Shown here: piece by piece, positions 1 to 13,800 of the stretch
Layout: the number at the start of each line of letters is the position of its first letter
Numbering within the stretch: the stretch's first letter is position 1
Assembly: GCF_963921235.1 (NCBI RefSeq)
Contig: NC_086107.1
Coordinates: 100,442,001-100,506,000, forward strand
Direction: 5' to 3'
Length of the DNA: 64,000 nucleotides
Origin: Mobula hypostoma
Taxonomy: Eukaryota
Notes under the pieces: model-generated
Database searches by the model: none
What the model saw: the letters and a program-made list of their open reading frames with translations, nothing else
What the model was told of the DNA's origin: nothing
Position numbers and translations under genes: made by a program

Positions 1-244
1 AAATGACAGCGGACTGAAAAGTATGTTTGACAGAACATCTCTGCCGGCATTCTGGATCACAGTCAAGGCTAAATATCCTGAGATAGCCACGAAAGCACTG
101 AAAACATTGCTTCCATTTCCAACATCATATCGCTGTGAAGTGGAGTTTTCTGCAATGAATGCTACGAAAACTAAATTGCGGAATAGACTGGACATAAGGA
201 ACCCCCTTCGAGTATCGCTGTCTCCCATCACCCCTCAATAGGAC

Positions 245-434
245 AGTAAACAACACAAACAACAGGAATTCTGCAGATGCTGGAAATTCAAGCAACACAC
301 ATCAAAGTTGCTGGTGAACGCAGCAGGCTAGGCAGCATCTCTAGGAAGAGGTACAGTCGACGTTTCAGGCCGAGACCCTTCGTCAGGACTAACTGAAGGA
401 AGAGTAAGGACTGTACCTCTTCCTAGAGATGCTG
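245..434 (-). mobile_element. Penelope-like terminal repeat fragment with partial inverted copy, inserted in the hAT element
   Basis: Same sequence family as 4200-4300 and 7722-7958. Flanked by a 12-bp duplication CCTCAATAGGAC (233-244 and 435-446). Confidence 0.75.
355..390 (-). ncRNA. Minimal type I hammerhead ribozyme motif (Penelope-associated)
   Basis: Minus strand AGTC-CTGACGA-AGG-gtctcgg-CCT-GAA-ACGT-C-GACT: stem I AGTC/GACT, intact CUGANGA and GAAA core, stem II AGG/CCT, palindromic ACGU stem III, GUC cleavage triplet. Confidence 0.75.
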
Positions 435-606
435 CCTCAATAGGACTGCGTTGTTGCAGGAAAACAAGCCCGGGGGCTCCCACTGATTCAGTGATATTGG
501 TGTGCTGCAATGATTTTATATGTTCATACGAGGAAAATATGCGCTGTGTTTAATATCCAAACGTCACCTAAAATGTTATGATGCTATTGACTTATAAGTG
601 CCTTAT

Positions 607-903
607 CAGTGGTCCCCACCCTCCGGGCCGCAAAGAATACAGCGTGGCCAGAACACACTCAGCACATCTTTAAGAAAAAAGCCGAAATAAACAAGCTAAT
701 TAATTAGGTGCCGCCCAGCACGTAAATGTCGGCCCAGATCAGAGGCGATTGCCAATTGGGTCGTCTCTGATCTGGGCCGACATTTACGTGCCGGGGGGCA
801 CCTAATCAATTAGCTTGTTTATTTCGGCTTTTTTCTTAAAGATGTGCCGGGTGCGTTCTGGCTACCGCTACATGCTTCGCGGCCTGGAGGTTTGGGACCA
901 CTG
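607..903. mobile_element. Fold-back MITE with hAT-type ends (CAGTGGTCCC...GGGACCACTG)
   Basis: Almost the whole 297 bp is an inverted repeat centred near 755. No clean TSD is visible. Confidence 0.75.
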
Positions 904-1155
904 TTATAATTGACTTATCACTACATTAATGCGAGGAAAATATGCGCTGTGTGTTTAATATTAAATTCGTTAGATAAACCCCTTTAGAAACGAAATTGAG
1001 TGTATTAGCCACTTACAAGTAACTTACAGTTGACTTATCCCCGATATTCGGGTGGCGTTTAATACACCCCCCCGCCCCGCCCCGGGTTGGCCAGTCCACA
1101 AGAATATTGTCAATATTAAACCGGTGCGCGGTGCAAAAAAGGTTGGGGACCCCTG

Positions 1156-1452
1156 ATTTAAACTAGCTGGCTAACTGCCAAGGAGCTACGCTATTGATGT
1201 CCTACGTGATGAGGCCAAACTCCCTGTAGACTTGCTTAAAGTTGCAATAGAATAAACATGATAATATAACATAAGTAGATATTTTAATATCACATTTGCT
1301 GCATATACCCAACTTGGTTTACAGATTAGACAAGATCACTAAACAAAGTATTACATACACCCTTGGAGGTCGACGGAGGGTGGGGGATATGGGGTTGCGG
1401 GGGGCGGGGGTGCTACCTCCCTGAAATGAGTTTTTGCAGGGTGGGATGTCTG
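1156..1452. mobile_element. Right part of a non-autonomous DNA transposon of the same family as 31487-32085
   Basis: Shares TTTAAACTAGCTGGCTA...CTATTG and GGTGCTACCTCCCTGAAATGAGTTTTTGCAGGGTGGGATGTCTG with 31951-32085. Confidence 0.65.
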
Positions 1453-1776
1453 GCTTCCACTTCAGAGGAATGGTATTTTGGCAGCAAGTCTTCCATGAAG
1501 ATCACTTCAGACAAGTGGTTTCTATGAGTTCAGAGCTGACAGCAGTGTTGAACTTCTTCTGATTTAGAAGGGAAGTCAGTTTGATGTATCCCTCATCTAC
1601 TGCACTCAGGTTCTGGGCCAACCATTGCATTTCTGGTCCTCAACCTTGCCTGTTTCTTTGTGCTTCTTCAGAAGACCTTGGACAGTTACTCTCTTCATTA
1701 TATTAAAGGGTAGGAATTTATGAATGTGACTTGATAATGCATTACAGCAATATAATTTATGAAGTACTCAACTCAC

Positions 1777-1830
1777 CGAGCCCTGTTCCTGTCCCAGAGC
1801 AGCATTCACAACACCTTTCAGAATATATTC
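1777..1830 (-). CDS. ift56: IFT56 exon 11
   Basis: ttcaccattag|GAATAT...GGCTCG|gtgagt; [18 protein letters not shown]. Confidence 0.95.
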
Positions 1831-4800
1831 CTAATGGTGAAGAGGAAAAGCAACTTTATTATACAGACTATGAATTCATATCTTTTGTTAATGTTCAAAT
1901 CTGTCCAGTGGGGAAAGGAGAAGTTTTCCAACACAGGGCTCACTCATCATTGAAACAAATGATGGGCATGTGGAAACAAAATGATTGGTTCAGAAACTGT
2001 TTTGTATTTAACATAAACTTAATTGTTTACTGTTATAATTTTGAAATAATGGGAGCTTTAAAACATTCTAGAAATTGGGATCTACTATTTTTATTTTCTT
2101 TGAATAATAGATATATGGTACAGAAGGCTACAATAGATTTTTTCCTGGGAACTTAATCCATGCTAGTTAAAATAAACCAAGTGCTTCCGATTTATGACTT
2201 TAGCAACTGTGATTGGAAGCTCAGAGCCTCCAGTGTGAAACAGAAATTTCTCTTGGTACCATCAGATCAAAATTGTTCACGACATTTTTGATAATTTAAC
2301 AAAATAGAAATGGTAGCCAGCCTTGTCGGGCACGTAATCTCAATATTCATATTTATCACCCGATGAGTGAATTGAATTGAATTGACTTTCTTACATCCTT
2401 CACATACATGAGGAGTAAAAATCTTTACATTATGTCTCTATCTAAATATGCAATCACATTAATTTATCATAATTTATAATGTAATATAGAGTACTCTCAA
2501 ATCAGCGAGAGTTCATCAGTCTGATGGCCTGGTGGAAGAAGCTGTCCCAGAGCCCTGTTGGTCCTGGCTTTAATGCTGTGGTACCACTTCCCGGATGGTA
2601 GCAGCTAGAATAGATTGTGGTTATGATGGCTTGGGTCCCCAATGATCCTACGGGCCCATTTTACACACCTGTCCTTGTAAATGTCCTGAATCGTGGGAAG
2701 TTCACAACTACAGATGCGCTGGGCTGTCCGCACCACTCTATGCAGAGTCCTGCGAGTGAGGGAAGTACAGTTCCCGTACCAGGCAGTGATGCAGCCTGTC
2801 AGGATGCTCTCAGTTGTGCCCCTGTAGAAAGTCCTTAGGATTTGGAGGCCCATACCAAACATCCTCAACTGTCTAGGGGTGAAAGAGGTGCTGTTGTGCC
2901 TTTTTCACCACATAGCTGGTGTGTACAGACCACATGAGGTCCTCGGTGATGTGGATGCCGAGGAACTTGAAGCTGTTTACCCTCTCAACTGCAGATCCAT
3001 TGATGCCAATAGGGGTTAGCCCGTCTCCATTCCTCCTGTGATCTACAATCAGCTCCTTTGTTTTTGTGACATTGGGGGAAGAGGTTGTTTTCTTGACACC
3101 ACTGTGTCAGAGATATGACTTCTTTCCTGTAGGCCACTTCGTTATTGTTTGAGATAAGGCCAATCAAGTTAGTGTCATTGGCAAATTTAATTAGCAGATT
3201 GGAGCTGTGGATGAGGATACAGTCATGGGTATACAGGGAGTAAAGGAGAAGACTCAGTAAGAGCCCTAAGAGGCTCCTGTATTAAGAGTCAGAGAGGTGA
3301 GGGATCCCACTCTTACAACCTGCTGGCAATCTGACAGGAAGTCCAGGATTCAGCTGCACAAGCCAGGGTCAAGGCCGAGGTCTCTTCAGCTTCTTGTTAA
3401 GCCTGGAGGGAACTATGGTGTTGAATACTGAACTGTCGTCCAAGAACAGCATTCTCACATAAGCATCCTTCTCCAGATGTGTAAGTACGGTACATAGAGT
3501 AGTGGTTATTGCGTCATCTGTCGATTGGTTGTGTAGATTTTTCATTCATTTATTAGTAATAATTCAGTTTGATTTCCAATTTGAACCATTTCATTATCCA
3601 CACAGGCAAAGAGACCTGGAACAGTTATACATTTAGGAAAGATTTGATCAAGTTTTTTTTAAAAAGGATGAAGGAAAAAAAAATTGTGCTCCATTGATCC
3701 ATTAAATAGCTAAAGAAAACCAGATCTCAGTCATATATTAGGAATGAGTTCTTTTCTCAGATCTAAGTAGACCCCCAGAACACGCTGGCTTCTATATAGT
3801 TTGTGTCCGGTGCTCATGATGCAGCCTCCCTACAAGGGCAAGGCCAGTCATAAATTGGGGGAACCGCTTCATCAAGTGCCTCCGCGGTACTTCCTGCTGG
3901 CCAATCATTTTAATTTCGATTCTCATTCCCATTCCAACATGTTGGTCCATGGCCTCCTCTTGTGCCACTAAGAGGCCATTCTCAGGGTGGAGGAGCAATA
4001 CCTTATATTCCATCTGTGCAGCTTCCAGCCTGATGGCATGGATATCGATTTCCTCTTCTGGTAAACAAAAATTTTCCCTCCCACTCCTCCCCTCTTCCTC
4101 TATTCCTACTCTGGCCCGTTACCTCTTCTCACCTGCCTTATCACCTCCCCACTTCCTCCTCCCTCTACCTATTTATTCTGGCGTCTTCCCTCTTCCTCTC
4201 CAGTCCTGATGAAGGGTCTCGGCCTGAAATGTCGACTGTTTATTCATTTCCATTGATGCAGCCTGACCTGCTGAGTTCCTCCTGCATTTTGCTTGTGTTC
4301 CTGAAGCAAATACTGATTTTCTCAAGTTGTTTAAGCAAATGATGGGGAGACCATCTCATATATCAGGAAACTATAAGGCAGGAGCAATCTCCATCATTGT
4401 AAAATGTTTGAAATGTTAAAGACAAATGGAAAATGCTAGGAGTACTGAGTAGGTCAGACAGAATCTGTGAGAACAGAAACAGGGTCAATATTTCAGTTCA
4501 ACAATCTTGTATCAGAAATTAATGCTTTCCAATTTTTACGATCCACAGTATTTTGTTTTCACTCTTAATTCGTGGCTTCTTCTCTTTCAAGACAAGAAAT
4601 TAATTTGTGTCTTACTTTGATTAGCTTCACTGCTTTCAATTTTATGTCTTGGTTTCAATCAGATAACTATCAAAAACTTGTTTTTCTGCCACATCACTCC
4701 CTTCAGCAGTCCTTGGCTACAATTTATTAAACTAAAATTTAAATCCACTGTTTACATCTCAGATCCACGTGATTACAGATTTTTCCAACAAGGTCATCCT

Positions 4801-7800
4801 TCATTCTTGTAAACTTCAAGGAACACACATCCAAATTGCACAGCCTCTCTTAACTGGACAACTCTTTCATCCCAGAATTGGATTGGTGAATCTGCCCTGG
4901 ACTGCCTCCAACTCTAATATATGAATTTTTAGGTAAGGACCAAAACTGTCTACACTCCACAGCATTCCTAGTATTAAAAGTAAAAAATAATCATCCCATT
5001 CTTAAATCCCCGATCGCTTTGCACTAAAGGTTAAAAATACCATTTGCCTTTTCACTACTTGTTGGAGCTTCCTGCTAACGTTTTGTGATCCATACACTAG
5101 AACACCTAGATCCCTTTGAACACCACTCATAAAGTTACATCTGTCATCCACGAGCCTTCATCGAGTAAACAGAGGGAGCTAAGTATGCTCTTTTTATTAT
5201 CTGTACCATATATAGGGGCATATACTTAACAAATCTTTAGTGCAGAGACAGGCTGTGTAACTGCCAAGTACATTTGTAAAGAGATCAATGTTAAAATACA
5301 CACGCTATTGTTATTATCTGAAGTGAATTGCCTGAAAGGTGGCATGGAAGAAGACCTGACACTGCCTTTTGTCTTTTCCAGGCAGTGCATGTTACTGCTT
5401 TGTGCAGTACTTTTTGCCGCAGTTTTAACAGGTTGTGTAGCGCATCCTGTGGGTAGAACTCTGCAACTACAGGACACAATCGATGCAGGGAATGAATGTT
5501 TGAGTGAGTGGATTGAATACCAGAGTACTTTATTATGGATGGTGTCGAACCATTTCATTATCCTAGCGCTACACAACCTAGAGAATGGGACCGTATTCCT
5601 GACTTCTGTCTCCACCCCCCCCCCACCCCCCCAGTTGGTGATGAAAAGGTATTAGGCCTCTGTGCTGGTTATGCCATTCCTCAGAGACTATCTGGCTTGA
5701 GTTATTTATGTAGCAGTCCAGCTATATTTCTAGTTGTTTGTTGAGTCCAGAAAATTGATGGTGTAGTCACCGTAATAGTAATGCCAATAGGGAGTTTGCT
5801 GGAATTGATCACTGCCTCCCACTTGAGTATTTAATGCTATGAATAGAGGTGGAAATAAGAACACAAGTGACTGGAATTGGAGATGGCCATTGGGCAACTT
5901 GTCCCTTGGTCTCAATTCAATAAAATCATGGCTAATGTGTTACCTTGGCACTACTTTTCTGTACTAAACCCATAATCCCTTAATTATCCAAACAGCTATC
6001 ACACTCTCACTTTAATGTATTCAGTGACTAAGCCTCCACAGCTCTTTTGGGTAGAGGGTTCTGAAGATGCACTGTCCTCTGGGTGATGAGATTTCTTCTC
6101 ATTTTAGGTTTAACAGCCAGGCATTTTTTTAAATGAATATGGTAGCTGTGTGGAACGAGCTTCCAGCAAAAGTGGTTGAGGCAGGTTCGATGTTGTCGTT
6201 TAAAGTTAAATAAAGTGCAGGTCGGTGGGACTAAGTGACAGTAAGAGTTCGGCACGGACTAGAAGGGCCGAGATGGCCTGTTTCCGTGCTGTAAGTGTTA
6301 TATGGTTATATGATCCTGGTTCTAGGCACCCTGCCCCAAACAAACAGCCTTTCTTTATCTACCATAGGAAGCCCCTGCAAGAATTTCATGTTCCAGTGAG
6401 ATCACTTCTCAATTCTTCTAAACTCTAGAGAGCACATCCAGTTTATTTAATACTTTATTAGGCAATTTCTTTATCCCACAATCAACCTAGTGAACTATTG
6501 CTGCACTACTTCTAGTGCAAATATGTAGAGAAACCTGTACACAGTGTCAGGTCTGACTGATCTCACTAGGGCCCTTTACATTTCTAGCAAAATGCATTTA
6601 CTTTTATTCCGTTTTCCTGTTGTTGACGGCTAGTGCACAAAATAAAGGAGAAAGCCCATCTAAAAACACAGCTGAAGTATATTTTGTTTGCTCTCAGTGA
6701 GCATTTGATCTAAAGAAATATTAAAATCTATGGTAGTTTTGGTTACAGAATCATGAAAGTGAAGTCAGGCTTGGAAATTAAGTTTAATTAGATTCAAAGG
6801 TCGTTGGCCACAGTCCTTTTTCAAACAGTTGTTTCATAAACCTGTACGTATTTAAAATGAGAGTACTAGCTCAAACATTTAATTAGTTCATTTTACTACT
6901 CACTGACAATTAGTATATGCCATACTAATATTTCCATTGTGACTTGCTGGATCGGACTAAAGAATTGCACAGCTTGCTTACCTGAGGCGTTGTGGGCTCC
7001 AGATCCTTTATCAGATTATAAGCCTCTTGCACATCATCTGTGATAAATTATCCGAGTGTTAGTAAAGTGTTGCTATCAGATATATAGACTAAACATAAAG
7101 TGGAATGGAAGTAGGGAACACTTAACAACCACATTAAATGGGAGAATCAATGCTGCTAATCTCTTAACTGGGACTTAAATGCCGAAATAAAGGCAATGCT
7201 AAAGAAAGCCTGTTTTTGGTCTTGTTTAAGAAAGCAGATATGAACCAGGGACAATACCGTTTTTAAAAAAATCATAAGACAGCATTATCAAAATAAAACA
7301 CATAAGAAATCAATACTTGCTTTCCGAAATGATTTAAAAGCACGGTGCTGAAGTTCGATGATTTTCAGATTTTTTACAACTTTTAAACCATTTCACATAG
7401 AGATTCGAGTTATACAGCAAGGAGGACAAGTCCTTTGGAGAAACTCATCCATGCTGGCCAAGATGCCTGTCCATACCAGCTTCATTTTCCTGTGTTATCC
7501 CTGTAAGAACCCAACTTTTCTGTGCATATATGTCTAAATGTCGTTTAAACATTATAATTGTAGCTGCTTCTACAGCTTCCTCAAGCTGCTCATCCCAATT
7601 ACCCACCACTCTCTGTGTGGTTAAGTTTCCCATCACGTCTCTTTTAAATCTTTCCCTCTCACCTTAATTCTATGTCCTCTAATTTTTCCTACCCTGAGGA
7701 AAAAAAATCTGTGACCATCCAACACACATAAAAGTTGCTGGTGAACACAGCAGGCCAGGCAGCATCTCTAGGAAGAGGTACAGTCAATGTTTCGGGCTGA

Positions 7801-10800
7801 GACCCTTTGTCAGGACTTCGTCATTAGTCCTGACGAAGGGTCTCGGCCCGAAACATTGACTGTACCTCTTCCTAGAGATGCTGCCTGGCCTGCTGTGTTC
7901 ACCAGCAACTTTTATGTGTGTGGCTTGAAATTCCAGCATCTGCAGATTTCCTCGTGTCTGTGACCATCCACCTTAGCTCTGCCTCTCACAATTTCATATC
8001 TCTCTGTCAAGTGTATTATTTTTCTGTTCACACTTATTGGTTTAATTGATAATTGTTTATTTGGTAAAATTAGCAAACCAATTACATAAAACAAAAGAGG
8101 GAGCTGTCTACTTGAAAAATTAAGACAAACAAAGACAATTTATACATGGTGCAGAAATAAGACTTCACAATTGTTTAAAATATATATGCCAAGAAATTTT
8201 CCTTGCCCAATTTTTGGCATCAAAACAAAATTTACAGTTCCCTTAATCCTAATGATAAACTGCACAGAGAGCAAAAACTTCCAATGTTGTTAGATTTCTC
8301 TGTGTAACATTGCACTGAGAACTGAGATTGTTAATTACAGCATATTTCCTATTGATATGTTACCAATATTAGACGTTATCAACTCCTCGGTCAGTTGGTA
8401 CGATGTCTGCTGCCAGCCCCTGAACAGAAATACGACAAGTGGCAACCTTCTGGCTTCAGGTAAAATGGAGACTGCAATGATGGAGGGAAGGGGTGAATGG
8501 TTCCCATGTGCTCAGAAGGATTAGGACACGTTGATAAACAGTGCCTGCAAGAGGGATGTTCTTTGCAAAATATGCCACAGACCCTACAGGGCTGCAGCCA
8601 ACAGTCCTGGGAGAACTTTATGTGTTATAATACAAGTACAGGTTGAGTATCCCTTATCCAAAATGCTTGGGGTTGGAAATGATCTGGATTTCGGATTTTG
8701 GAATATATAATACGATAGCTTGGGATCACCATCATTTCCATCTCTGAATTTTTGTGCTACTGCTAAGTAGTCTTTGTCTTACACTTGTTCATCACACATA
8801 GGTACTGATGCAGCCATTCAGTCTGTTAGATTTTCATTAGCAACAATCTTGGCAAACTCATCAATGAATTTCTCTGCTGCTTCATGATCAGCACACACTA
8901 TACAATCACAAATCTTTAAAAATTTAATGTTGTGCCTTTTCTTAAATTTCTGCAACCAGCATGCAGAATATTCACAACTGCCTTCAATTTTGGTTTGTTG
9001 TGATAGATCTTTTTTCATTTCATGATCATCAGCACACCATGAAGTGGTTTATTTTCACTCTGATGCTGATGAATCCACTCTTTCAATACACATTCAAGAT
9101 CTTCATTTTTCACTTTTTGAAGTCTTTCTATATTTTTCTTTAACTTCTGTTCATTACATACGTGATGTCACTTCTCAAATCTGTCTGTGATACACAGACA
9201 CCTGGGAAGCTTCCCAATGCCTTGTGGAATCTTCCATTTGTAAAGTACTATCAGCACTCAAAATTCTTTGGATTTTGGAGGTTTTCGGATTTTAGAGTTT
9301 CGGATAAGGGGTACTCAACCTGTACCATATATTAGTACTGATATTAAAGCTTGCATTTTGGGGAAGCTTTCAGTGCTGACTTATTCCTGTGCCTATTCCT
9401 GTGGGGTGAAGCACAAATGAATTTAGTCTTGTCGAGTATTGGATGACCTCCAGAAAAAAAGCAATGAGCAGCAAACTGGAAGATGTGGCAGAAGCCTGGA
9501 ATGATCCTCAGACAAGAAAGTTGGGAGCAATAGTGACCTTGACTTTCTTAGGCAAGGCCACTGAGGCAAGTATACGTCCCGCCGCACATCACCTACCTTG
9601 TCGCAGATAGTAAATGACAAGATTGAGTCTGGCTTCAGGAATGACGTCAATAAGCGGTGGGAGGACCTGCAAGGCACCTTCTCCACCCCGAAACACCACC
9701 TGAAGAGAGGAGGGGTAAGGGAAAAACAAGATATCAATCTTTTTAATAAGAAGATAACTGCTGCGTCAGAAATAAGTCATATTGTTGATCTTTAGTCTTT
9801 TGTTATTTGATTTAGGGTATCTTGAAATAATTGACCACAAAATAATTTTGTTTCTCTCATTTTCAAGTTCAAAATGTGGTGAGCTTTGGATACTGATAGA
9901 TGCAACACCCCAGACCTGGTGCTACGAATGAAGTGAGAATATTCAAAGCACAGCTACTTCCTGAATGTACAAATTTCTTTTCTTATCACTACCTCTTTTC
10001 ACTTACAAGGTGTATGGTTAAAAGGAAGTACATTCCAATGATTAAAATATATAGAAGTTACCATAAACTTAAAACAAGTCAGATTTCTACATTTTCCCTG
10101 TTCCGATAAAAAAAATCTTTCTTCTGAAATGTACTTCTCCCTGCAGATGCTACCTGATTTGTTCAGTATTTTAAAAACTTCTACCAAAATTCCAATGAAG
10201 TATGCAAGTTTAAGATAAGGAGAAGATGTAAGAGTAGTTTCTAGACTGACAACCTAAAGGTCAGTAAGCTTTGAACAATCTTGAAAATCTTCCAGGCCTA
10301 AGCTGGAACACATTTAAATCTTTGAAATCCCAAATTTCCCTTTCTATAGATATATTTAATTATTCTCAGTGATAGTGGTACTGTTTGATAGCATACTATG
10401 AGCAGCAATAAATGTTTTACATCCACTATTTCAAAGGGTAAATGTATTCATCCTTTAAATTTTGAGATAAAAACAGAATGCCACAGACAGCATTTATGGT
10501 TTGAATAACACAGGTATTTCTAATATTTTTTGTTTATTTAACTTCAGATTTTCTTCAGCAATATTTTGCTTTTAGTATAAATTTGCAAGTTATCATTACT
10601 GATTCTAACAATTGAAAAAAAATCAATTTCTTCAATGATCAAAATACAAAAACGTCACAATATACAACCCCTGAGATTAATTTTCTTGTGGGCATACTCA
10701 GTAAATCCACGAACCATAATAGAAATGAAAGATCACACCCAACAGGGCAGATAAACAACAAATATGCAAATACAAAAGAGCAAGCAAATAAATAAAGAAA

Positions 10801-13800
10801 GAAAGAAAGAAAGAAAGAAGTAAGCAAGCAATAAGTATTGAGAATGTGAGTTGAAGGGTCCTTGAAAGTGAGTCTATAAGTTGTGGGAACAGTTTAGTGA
10901 TAGGGCAAATGAAGTTGAGTAAAGTTATCCCCACTGGTTCAAGAGCCCTCAACCATCAGGTTATTGATTTATTGAAGAGTTATTGATTTACATTATTAAG
11001 TGCACAGTACCCAGTGAGCATGGTACAAATAAAGTTTCTATTTCTGTACTGCAATATTCTTAGCAGCACTGAAACAGAAATCCCAAGTTTACATTCTATG
11101 AAACTGAATTCAACAAATTTGGTACTCTGGGCCTGCAGAACAATATGGCTCTGAAAACAGTGAAACAAGTCTTCACATGGTCCTTCCAGTTTCATGGAAG
11201 TCATTTACACTCTATCGTTGATTTTAAATGCTCTTAGATCAATAAATATTGTGTTAGTCCTAATCTCCAGAACAAATATTTAAAAATCTTTGTAAGTCTG
11301 TCAGGCTTGCATTTAATACATACCAGGTTGTGCTTTATGAGTTCTTTTGCAAAATCAAATACAGGAGAAGCAATGTCCATTAAGTTTTTCAGCTCTGCCT
11401 GGTGAGAGAAATGCAGGCAAATAATAACTTTTGTTTTTATTGGGTAAGAAATTCTCAGACACATAACTGTTAGCAAAATGAAAAGCAATTATATAGTTAT
11501 GCCTGGAGATGGGACAAGCTGTTTACTGGACTGCATTCCATCCCATTCTAAGTATGACTCAACCACCACCCCTGCAGTGATTCCTAGCCCACAATGCAAT
11601 ACGTTTAAAATTTTCTCAAATCCCAATTTTAATCATGCAAGTATCCATACCACATCCTCTCCTCCAAGTCTGACTCTTCATATAAAAAAAATGGGAAGAT
11701 GGCCCCCAAAATTTGAGTCCTAGATGTTCTTTGGAAGTTCCCACTAGCTGAGAGCCTTGAATGGATTAATTTTTAACAGGTTCAAGTGGAAAGTGATATC
11801 AGGCAAGGATACAAAGAACCTTTAGTATTTGATCAGATGTGGTTAGAATGTGACTTCTATCCACCACATTTATAGCTTCAACATGCGTAATTTAAAATCC
11901 CAGTTTACACTGTTCCAAAAGATTACACGAGTTGAACCTGCTGAGAAAATTCAGCAGTATTACTTTCAAAAAGCCTTATTATACACGCAACAAGCCTTAT
12001 TATACACGCAACATATTTCTTTACAGAAATGCTTTAGACATGATAAACCTCTGTCCAATTATGAAAATAAGACTTGCATTTATATAGTGACCTTCCAAGC
12101 TTTAAGAAGAACCAAATACCTCATAATTAATAATTAAAAATAGATGTGTATTCACTGTGTGCTGACGCAAGGAACAGCAAATGATTTGCAAACAGCAAGG
12201 TTTCACAAACCCACTGTCATCTGGGGTAAGAGTGATACGTTAAGCTTTTGTTGCCATTTAATCCTAATCATAGATCTTAAATATTAACTTCGAGAAATCA
12301 TTTTTCCACAAGAAAGATAGGCCCCTCTGGCAACTTTTAAAACCAACAGAAGGTAACTAAAAAAAGCAATAATAGGAGAAAAGATTAAATACACAGAGTG
12401 GGAGAGTCAAGGAACAGAGGACACAGCCTCAGATTAAAAGGATGTCCCTTTAGAACAGAGATGAGGAGGAATTTCTTTAGCTAGATAGTAGTGAGTCTGT
12501 GGAATTCTTGGCCACAACAGCTGTGTAGCCAAATCATTGGGTATTTTTTAAAGCAGAGGTTGACGTGTCCATGATTAGTAAGGGCATCAAAACTTACAGA
12601 GAGAAGGCCAGAGAATGGGGTTGAAAGGGAAAATAAATCAGCCATAATAGAATGGCCTACTTCTACTCCTATGTCCTATGGTCTATACATTTACATTAAA
12701 CAGTTTAATTTATACTTTCCTGTACCTCTGTTCGGCTCGGCCTTTAAGAATTCTGATAGACTGCCTTCCACTGCTCCCAGTAGAAGCTCAGATCATGTGG
12801 ATCACTCTCTACTTGTAGTACTTTGAACATGTCTTTAAGCATACCTTTCACTGGTTTGAATATTAATCCCATATACTGTCCTTGCAGTTTATCTTCTGGA
12901 ATAACATTTTAAACATTATCTAATAAATTTCAGCATTCCTTTCAGAAGTGAAAAGGTCATGTATGCCCACTCTTTAAGCTGCATCAAATTGAATCCACGT
13001 TCAAAACGGATGAAATTTTCACCCTCATTTTAGCCCAGAATTTGTCAAAAATGTATTTAAGAAAAACCATACATCAAAAGAGAGTTAGAGCTCTTGTCAC
13101 ATAAAAAGTCATTTGGATCTGAAATATATTACTACTATTGGTCAAGCATTCTCAAAAGAAAAATTAAGAGGAGAGAACAGGCATATAGGATTATAATGAA
13201 AACTCTGATAAATTAGTGAAACATTAACTGACAGAGATCAATATATAGCCTTCTTGTGGTTCTATGGTCTTTTAAAAAACCAAGATAGATAACTAGGTAG
13301 GATAGTTTTGGGGAAAGCTTTGTATAGGAATCAGCACATCTATTATAGAAATGAAGAATTCTTCATTGTTAGCTTCTGTCCTCAGCTCAGAACGTTACCT
13401 CAGCTGCCTTCCCATTATAGAGCCGGAAGTGGTTGCAGGCTTTCAGGTTCAGTGCAATGGTGCTGTCAGGATAATGTTGCAAATAAACTGCCAGGACTTC
13501 CTGGGAAACATCATAGTAATCCAGTTTATAGTAGCACAGTGCCACATACACATTCAAGGCCATGAATTCCCTAGTAAAACACAAAAAGTAAAATTAACAA
13601 CTCTAAGAATCTACATTGTAGTTGAAAGTGACAGCTGCAAAACATTGGAGCCAATTACTATTGTTACGCTAGGACAGATGGTAGAGTGTGGAGGGAGAGG
13701 AAGCACAGATTAAAGAATCTCAGTCCTAACTTTTCTGGGGTTCATAGCTTCATCAATGAGAAATATGTCCCAATTTACTCAATCGTTAAAACTACACTTT

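Larger units (their letters stand above)
1..1155 (+). mobile_element. hAT (Charlie/Buster-like) DNA transposon, 3' part, with transposase C-terminal dimerisation domain remnant
   Basis: ORF FWITVKAKYPEIATKALKTLLPFPTSYRCEVEFSAM...RNRLDI matches the hATC motif and resumes after an insertion (ending GSH* at about 486). The right TIR GGTTGGGGACCCCTG ends at 1155, followed by a Charlie-type target ATTTAAAC. Confidence 0.85.

Noticed and set aside
5308..5655. ORF with a signal-peptide-like stretch ([20 protein letters not shown])
   Set aside because: It is antisense within an IFT56 intron, has no recognisable domain, and its downstream part resembles the degenerate repeat family also seen near 16000-16500 and 54600-55100.
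11970..12012. 21-bp tandem duplication AAGCCTTATTATACACGCAAC
   Set aside because: A simple two-copy slippage duplication in an intron with no sign of function.
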